A stretch of 64,000 nt of DNA from Lingula anatina (Eukaryota; Animalia; Brachiopoda): contig CM120640.1 of assembly GCA_051362555.1 (NCBI GenBank), positions 15,686,001 through 15,750,000 of the forward strand, in the 5' to 3' direction. How positions within the stretch are numbered: position 1 is the stretch's first letter; the number at the start of each line of letters is the position of its first letter. A program made the translations under genes and the position numbers. Below are positions 56,050-64,000 of the stretch, piece after piece. The notes below the pieces were generated by a model, which made no database searches, was not told the origin of the DNA, and saw only the letters and a program-made list of their open reading frames with translations.

Positions 56050-59000
56050 ATGGACTGTTCGTGGGAGTTTGTTGTAAAATACCTCCCCGTGGCGGTGGGG
56101 ACAGCAGGTGTAACCGTCGTCTTGTACTTATTAAATCGTGTGGGCTTTTTTTATCGAATGCTTCACAAGGTAAGAGGAAAAAACAATTAAAGGTTTCCTG
56201 TTATATTACTGACTTCTTACAATGTACCTGTGTTACCACAGTACTAATGTTTGTCTTAGTAGAATTCACTGTTATTTATGATCCATTTCATTCCAGTACA
56301 GCATAGAAGTAAATCTCTGTTAAGCTGAAGTTAAGAGATTCTTGAGAATAGTACAAGTAATATGTTTGTTTTTTGAATTATCATTTATAGTTTGATATAC
56401 AACGTTTGTTTTTATTTTCTCTTTCCCAGGTTGATGAACATTCAGTCAGACATGGAGGAGAAAAGGTGGCAGATGTACTTAAGGTAAACACCTTCCAAAT
56501 CTTTACAAGTGATATAGACACTTGTGCACCTTGTATATATTTATTATATCACAAACCTGCTGTTTTGTCATTTGTTTTAATAGCGAGCGCAGACGTCCCT
56601 AGGTGGCGTTAGTTGTTCTATTTCGCGAAGCGCCATTAAAACTGTCCCCAGAGTATCAGATTTCAACCCGCTCTTACAATGCACGGCGTGTCTCAACTAC
56701 TGCATCGGGAACAACCCTACCTTAACACGTGATAGAGAACAGCTGTTACTTCCTTTTGGGTATTGTTTTCGCGATCTACGAGAGGTCAGAAGTGAAAATT
56801 TTTAAGGGCAAACTTTTAAACTGATTTATTTTTTGAAGTCGGCAAAGGGCGGCAAGACAAAATATATGCCATGTAGAAGAACAAGGACTAAGGTTTCTAA
56901 CCAACATTTCAGATTTTTGGGCAAATTTGGGCAAATATTTTTTTTGTAATTTATTTCAACGCCCCCCCCCCCCCCCTCTCGCACACGCTTGTTGACCGCA
57001 GCCAGTCGAGGTCAATTTTTACTGCGTACGCTTAAAAAATGTAACATCGCTTGCATACATCAGTAAGAAGTGATAATAACAGAGAAAATCCTGATTGTGA
57101 TGAGTTTGTTGGGAATCATGGTGAAATGCACTAAAAAGTTTAAGCCTGAGTGGACTTTGACAAGCTACTTTGACATATAATAATTTAACTCTGAGCAGGT
57201 GTTTTCATCCGTTTTGCGGCATCAATACATTGAATAATCCTGACTCTTCTTCTTGGTTGTCTGGTTTAGCAAGGAGTTGTAACTTCTTGTGTTTAGCGTC
57301 TCTGTCTGATTATAAAGGTCTTTATGGGGCCTTGACAGATTTATTATTGATTAATTAATTAATTATTATTATTATTTTATTATTATTTTTTGTTTTGGTG
57401 TGTGTGTGTGTGTGTGTGATTTACGTATGCTGTTTACACATTTTTGCCAAAGACTTCAAATGACCTGGAAGGTGTGAATATTGTTAAGTCCCTTTTGGAA
57501 ATTTCTATGTACATGTAGGTATTTGTGTGAAGAACTTTAGATTTAAGTATATGTATATAATTATATTTATATCTAGAACTTTAAGAGATGGACGTACATC
57601 GAAATAAAAAAAAAATTTTTTTGAGGAAGCCAACAAGAGACAATAGGTTATCCATTTTTTTTTTTGTGATTTACTAATGTTGTTTTTATATATCTCCGTG
57701 CCAAAGACTGAAAATAGCTCAAGTTCCCTTTTAAAACTTACTGTCATTTGTATTGATATATTATATTTACTTTTTATATATGTAGACTTCTGTAGTATAG
57801 TTGAACCAACAGCTTTTTAAAACTAAAATAATCAGTTTTGTGGTGCAAGAATTCCCTATAACAGAGGTTAAATCACATTTGTGTATTCTTTACTTAAATT
57901 GATAGACAAATTGGAAGCACAAATATTGTTACAGATAATTCTTATACTTTTTCAATATAATCTTGGATCAGAAAACTCTGTTAAGTCACATGAATTAAAA
58001 AAATTAAGTCTATCATTCATACATGGCAAGTTAATTTTCAATGATATTTAAGCTTTAAAACATTTATGCATTACTAGTAGGTTTAAATAGTAGTATCACA
58101 GGTGCTACATGTATATAGCTTGATTTATTTTCTTTCAAGCTCACCAGATATTGTTTTCTGACATGAAATATATAATTAAATTTTGGTTTATACTAATATC
58201 AAGACAACTGCTGGAGAGAATTTTATTACAAACTGCCTTATCAGCATTTATAAGCAGGGGTGATGGAAATATGCATGGGGGTAACATCCTCAGAAGTGGG
58301 GGCATTTTTATTTTTTGCAGGAAGTTTATCATAAAAGAAAATTATGTGCCATGTACATACTATATATATATGTGTTCGATACTAAGGAGTAAGAGTACAT
58401 ATGCAAGAATAACCTAATGATCCCCAGGGTGTGGGTTGTTCCTGAGTTTGAATGATTGTTTTTTTTCACAATGACAATTTGCCACTTATACTATTAATTT
58501 TGTACTAATACTCATATGTAAGACAACTATTCTGCCAAGAGTTTTAGTCTTGTTGATTAATAAAACCTAAGAAACGTGTATTTTCTAGCATTTACCGTCA
58601 AAAAATCCTTCATTTTGCTTAATTCACATGCACATAACTCTGCTTAGGAAAATGCTAGAACCAACATTTAAACTTTGGGTTAATGCCCAACTTCTATACT
58701 TAATGTGTGCCAAATTTCAAATGTCTGTGACAATATAAAGGGGATGAAAAATGATGGGGGCAACTTTTGTCTCATTTTTGAAAATAGCGCCTGAAAAAAA
58801 GAACAAACATGGTGTTACTAAAACTTGAATAACTTTTGATCTAAATGAGATAGATTAAAAATTTAAATTGATTATTCATACTCAAATGTGTGGCTATCTG
58901 TGCACAAAATTTCAAGTCTCTAGCTCACTTAGAAAAATATCATGTGTGCACCCTAGTTTTAAATTTTTATCTCAGTATACATATTTCTAAAATTAAGCGG

Positions 59001-62000
59001 TTCTGGAATTTACACAGATAAACACATCTGAATTTTTTTTACTTATTTATCATTAAAATTTATTAATGATAAAATAAAGCTTTACATTGTTCCTTGAGGA
59101 TAAAAGTTAGATTTTCAAATTTTATAGTCAAAATTTGGATCTGTTTTTTGTTTGTTCTTCAATTTTAGTCTCATGGTGTGAAATATCTGTTCACTCTGAC
59201 TGGTGGTCACATCTCTCCCATCCTAGTGGCCTCTGAAAAGCTGGGCATCAGAGTAGTGGACACCAGACATGAGGTAATGGTCATGAAGTTTATAAAGAAA
59301 TGAATTTATTTTACTGTTTCGTCCTATTGGTGTACATTAAAGATATTAAATTATGCAGATTTTTGCTTTCAATGGTAAAAGACTAAATTATAATTTGAGA
59401 TATTTAACAGATGAAAAATATGCTCTTTGGAATATGCTGTTGTGTTAAGTTGTGAGTTGAGTTACATGTTAAAAAGATGAATATGAAGTGTGGGTAATGC
59501 TTATTGACCACGGTTTCTTTGTTTATGCACTCAGGTAACTGCAGTGTTTGCAGCAGATGCAGTTGCCAGGCTGTCTGGAAATATTGGTGTTGCCGTGGTG
59601 ACAGCTGGACCAGGTAATGGTTTTAGTTTTGAGCCAGCTAGTAGGCTTTACAGATGTTGAACTATGTGGTCATTCATTTCAATTCCTTAATTAAAACAAT
59701 TACCACCTGCCACATGCGAACATCCACATTTACCTGCCACCAGAAAATGAGGAAAAACCATCACATAAAATATCTTATTTGTATTAAAAAACATTCACAA
59801 GGCTTGAAAAGAATAGATATAATTACATTTTTAAAATCATGTTTTAAAAATGCATTACGACTGGAAAATGAGAGATGTTTTGACTGTTCAGCCTTTTTAA
59901 ATTGTTTTTCTAGGCTTGACCAACACTGTCACTGCAGTTAAGAATGCTCAGATGGCAGAGTCCCCACTTCTGTTGATGGGAGGGGCTGCAGCAACATTAC
60001 TGAAGGTAAGCTGAAGATTAAGCAAGTAATATTTAAGCACGAGCTCTGTCACGTAAATTATTATTATAGACATTGATAGTAATTGATTTAATTTGTCCAT
60101 CCTTGGTTGGTATAATACAAGCAAACACAGGACAGAATGTTGGGGTCTGTTGTGATACAGTTTACCATTATTTAAGTCATTAACATCTATGAAGGACCCT
60201 TAAATATTGCTGAAAATATTTGATAATGATGCTGAGAATCATTGGCCAAAATGAAATTCATATTTAAAAGATAAATTAAAATGCATTAACTGAAATGATC
60301 CCAACAATAATATTGTTAACCTGTATTTCAGGGAAGAGGTGCCCTGCAGGACATAGACCAGATGAGTTTGTTTAAGCCACTCTGTAAGTTCTGTGCCACT
60401 ATTACCAAGGTGAGAGATATAGTCCCAGTGCTCAAGGAGGCCATCCAGGTGGCACAGTCAGGAACTCCAGGTAATGTCAATAAGATTGTGCACACTTCTA
60501 GAGAATGAGACAATTATTATTATTATTATTATTATTAATTTTTTTTTTCAAATTTCTAAAATTACTGAGTATGACTTTTTTTTAAAAGATGTATGCACAT
60601 AGAAGTTATAAATAATAGTGTTTGTATAGAATGAATGTGCAATATGTATTATTTTTCAGTGTATAAGATCTAAAATGAACCTGCTCTACACCAGGGCCCA
60701 GTTTCATTAATGCTGGATAGTGCTATCCTATGGATAACAATTTTATCTAATTGACAGTGTTATCCAGAGGATAGCGCTATCCAGTGTTGATGAAACTGGG
60801 CCCCAGGTAAATTCATACTCATACATATACTTTTTAATCCCTGTGTTGTCATGCAACTCTTCTTGGTGTCAGGTCCAGTATTTGTGGAGTTCCCAATAGA
60901 CACATTGTACCCTTACAGTCTGGTGAAGAGAGAGGCAGGGTTGTCAGACAGTCCAAAGGGGCTGATCCAGAAAATTGTGAACTGGTAAAGTTTTGGAATT
61001 AAAGTAATTAAATTGTTGAAGTAATCATGTTCTGTCAGTGGGAAAATATATTTAAACAAATTGATAAGTCTGTAAGACCAGAGCTGTTTCTTTATAAGCA
61101 TAATTATCCCAAAAAAATACATATCATGTATACTCTATTATATCTGTGTGAACATAGGTACATCAAGTCCAATGTGGACAATATATTTGCTGGAGCCTGG
61201 GAGCAGCAGGACACTACACCACTGACAGTACAGCAGCCACAGGCAACACAGGCACAAGGTAAGTTTATAGGTCAGGCTGAAGCTTGACAAAGATAAATAT
61301 GATCATGAAAATAATAATAATAATAAGTAGAATGTGTATATATACAGTTAAAAGTTGGATACTATAGTTCTAATACTAAAAACATCTGAACAGTTTTAAA
61401 AGCTCAGGTGTTTCAATCATTAATCTCTTAATCTCATTTCAGTTCAGAAGTGTGTAGAGCTGTTGTCAAGAGCAAAGAAACCTGTGATGATATTGGGAAG
61501 TCAAGCCACACTGCCCCCTGTACCGGCCGACAAACTGAGAGAGGCGGTTGAGGTAAGCAGTTGGCATATTTAGTGTATGAGAAATTAGTTTAAGTTAGTC
61601 AGATGTTTTGTTATCTAATGACATATGGTCACAATAATACCATGACACATTGGTCCCAGAATTGTTAGAGCATATAAAAATAATGGTTCCCATTTCATAC
61701 ACAAGCCAGGGCTGTGTTCCCAGCTTAAACCAGAATAGAACAGTAATGGTACACAGAATTTAAGATTTTAATGTTGTCATGATTATAGAATGTGCAAGTG
61801 ATGCACTATATTGTGTATTGTCCGCACTACTGTTGTCATGAAAACCATATTCATAGATAGTTTAGATCTAGGTCTTAAATATTGTATAATAATAGCACAT
61901 GGTAAATAGTGGACATGCCATATGAGGATGTTTTCCCTTATAAATACAGAGTTTAGGCATCCCCTGTTTCCTTGGTGGCATGTCAAGAGGTCTTTTGGGC

Positions 62001-63249
62001 AGAAACAGTCCAATACACATCAGACAGAAAAGGAGGGATGCTTTGAGGGAGGCTGATGTTATAATTATGGCAGGTAAGCCAGTGTATTTTTGTTGCAGCA
62101 CATATCTGATTCACTTGGACTAAATCCAGTCATCAAAATGACTATTAAGTTTTCTTAGGTACTTGTGGAGAAGGTATTGAGGACATTTTAAAGTTATCAC
62201 TTACATGTATCACCACTAAGATCATCATGTTGTACTAAACTTAGACTATAAAAGTCACCCCAAGGTAGTCCCCTCTATCACATCTATTCTGATTTTTTAA
62301 AGTTATTATATATTCTTTACTGAAAGTATAATAAAGATAGGAGAGTCAGGGATTAAAAGCTTATTTACATGTGTTTGAATTTTAGGTGCAGTCTGTGACT
62401 TCCGCCTCAGTTATGGTCGTCACTTAAGCAAAAAGGCCAAAGTAATAACTGTGAACAGGAGCAAAGAGCAACTGATGAAAGTATGGCAAAACATCACCCA
62501 ACACTTTTAAAACAGACTTACAGATTTATTGAATGATATTTAACATAAGAGTTTTTAAATATCCATTATATAAAAATGATATTATTGATCTGATATGTTG
62601 AATATGATATTGATTATATTAATTAGATATGGATTATATTTATTTTTTAAATTTGAAAAATTAAGAAATAAATGAATAACTGTATTTAGTTCTGTATGTT
62701 AGTTCTGTTGATATAGACATTTTAACTGGTTTATTTTAGAATGCTTATGTGTTCTGGACTCCATCTGTGGCAATCCAGGCAGATGCTGGCAGTTTCCTTG
62801 TTTCGCTGTCCCAAAAATTGAAAGGGTACACTTGTAACAAGGACTGGATTGAGATGCTCAAACAGAGGGACGAGGAAAAGGAGAAGGCAAACTTGTGAGT
62901 AAACCTTTACATAATGACTAAGCGCTCAATATTACCAAACAAGCTTAGATGAAATGAGCATTCTGGCAGTTATTTTAATTAAATAATGTGCTTTGTTATG
63001 TAGTCAGCTTTATTTATGCTCTATTTGGAAGTGGTGTCATATTTGTCTAACAAGTGAACCAGAGCATAGAGCATAAATTGGAAAAGCATATTGTCTCCTT
63101 ATCTCTACCAGAAAACAAGCAGAGCAGAAGACAGAGTTCCATCTGAATCCATTAAAGGTACTGCATAAAGTGGAGGATTTGATGGCAGATGACAGCATCA
63201 TTGTTGCTGATGGTGGTGACTTTGTTGGCAGTGCGGCTTACATACTTAG
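56050..63249 (+). CDS. ILVBL: Acetolactate synthase-like / 2-hydroxyacyl-CoA lyase 2, 3'-incomplete; 13 exons visible starting at about 56050, 56430, 59169, 59535, 59914, 60332, 60873, 61159, 61950 region, 62386, 62740, 63112 plus 61443
   Basis: N-terminal hydrophobic anchor, [85 protein letters not shown] and ADGGDFVG. Confidence 0.95.
60694..60803. mobile_element. ~110-bp palindromic MITE, PIF/Harbinger-like
   Basis: Arms GGCCCAGTTTCATTAATGCTGGATAGTGCTATCC... and ...GGATAGCGCTATCCAGTGTTGATGAAACTGGGCC, ~45 bp each, with CAG near both ends. Confidence 0.7.
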
Positions 63250-63495
63250 GTATCCGTGACATTTTTTTTTTTTTCAAAATATTTGATTCCAAATCTGAAA
63301 TAAAAGTCATCAGAATTGACCTTAAAATAGTCTTGTTTGATTGGCCATGATCACCATTTCTGTTTTATGTCTGTAAACCTATAAGTCCCCCTAGACCAGT
63401 CTCACTAGAGAAATTTAGCCTAAAAATTGGTGCAAAATTTTGATCCATAGTTGTTCATTTTAAGGTTTGTACTGGTCTGAAACATAAGCTTCATC

Positions 63496-64000
63496 TTTTT
63501 TTTATGTACAGACACAGATGTGTCTGTACATATTGCCATCACCTGCGTCTGTCGTCGCCGTCGCCGATCATGTCGCCGTCGCTGTCGCCGTCGCCGTGCA
63601 CTTTCAGCGTTAACACCATAAGTGGAAGACAGTTTTACTTTTTGGCTTTATATTTACAGAGCTGACTAATATTCATAAAACGCAGGTCAAGTTCGAAAAT
63701 CAGCATGATCGGGCCATTATTGTAGAATTTATGCTGTTTTTTCACTTTTTAGCATATATGCAACACTGTTAACACATTTCAAGGAAAACCGATAGGCCTG
63801 TTGTCATGAAACTCATAGGAGTAATCAATCTTACTAAAACGCAGGTCAAGTTCGAAAATCGGCATGATCGGGCCACCATTTTACTAGTTATGCTGTTTTT
63901 TTACACTTTTCAACATATGCAACACTGTAAACACAATATAAGAAAAACAGATGGGCCAATTGTCATGAAAGTCACAGGAGTGGTCAATTTTACTAAAATG
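63496..64000 (+). mobile_element. HINE-like element, copy E, in ILVBL intron, truncated by the window edge
   Basis: T-run, palindrome head, (GTCGCC)n tract and ~161-bp repeats. Confidence 0.88.

Noticed and set aside
56575-58960. Further repeat elements in ILVBL intron 2 (GC-richer 56581-57050 with a TTGACC/GGTCAA hairpin; 58230-58960 with CCAAATTTCAA motifs)
   Set aside because: Probably TE-derived, but matching termini or TSDs could not be established by eye.

Overview
AT-rich eukaryotic genomic DNA with many introns, from a marine invertebrate. A mollusc or other lophotrochozoan is likely, inferred from gene content and repeat types. The ORF track mostly shows exon fragments or noise, so genes were rebuilt by reading splice sites. 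From left to right the window holds: a 2-exon ZAR1-like 3CxxC zinc-finger gene; two divergent single-coding-exon uncharacterised genes (355 aa and ~627 aa) with a complete but decayed Tc1 element between them; the peroxisomal ABC transporter ABCD3 (~24 exons); two tandem paralogues of a predicted N-myristoylated WD40/SOCS-box protein, separated by collapsed ABCD3 remnants that record the duplication; STK11/LKB1 with its U12 AT-AC intron; ASNSD1; and ILVBL/HACL2, which runs off the right edge. Five copies of a non-autonomous Helentron-type (HINE/pearl-like) element carrying ~161-bp tandem repeats are present, along with several MITEs. The best candidates for undescribed biology are the diverging WD40-SOCS pair head-to-head with STK11, the stand-alone ZAR1-type finger, and the modular HINE family. 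All coordinates were read by eye and may be off by a few bases. No database searches were run.
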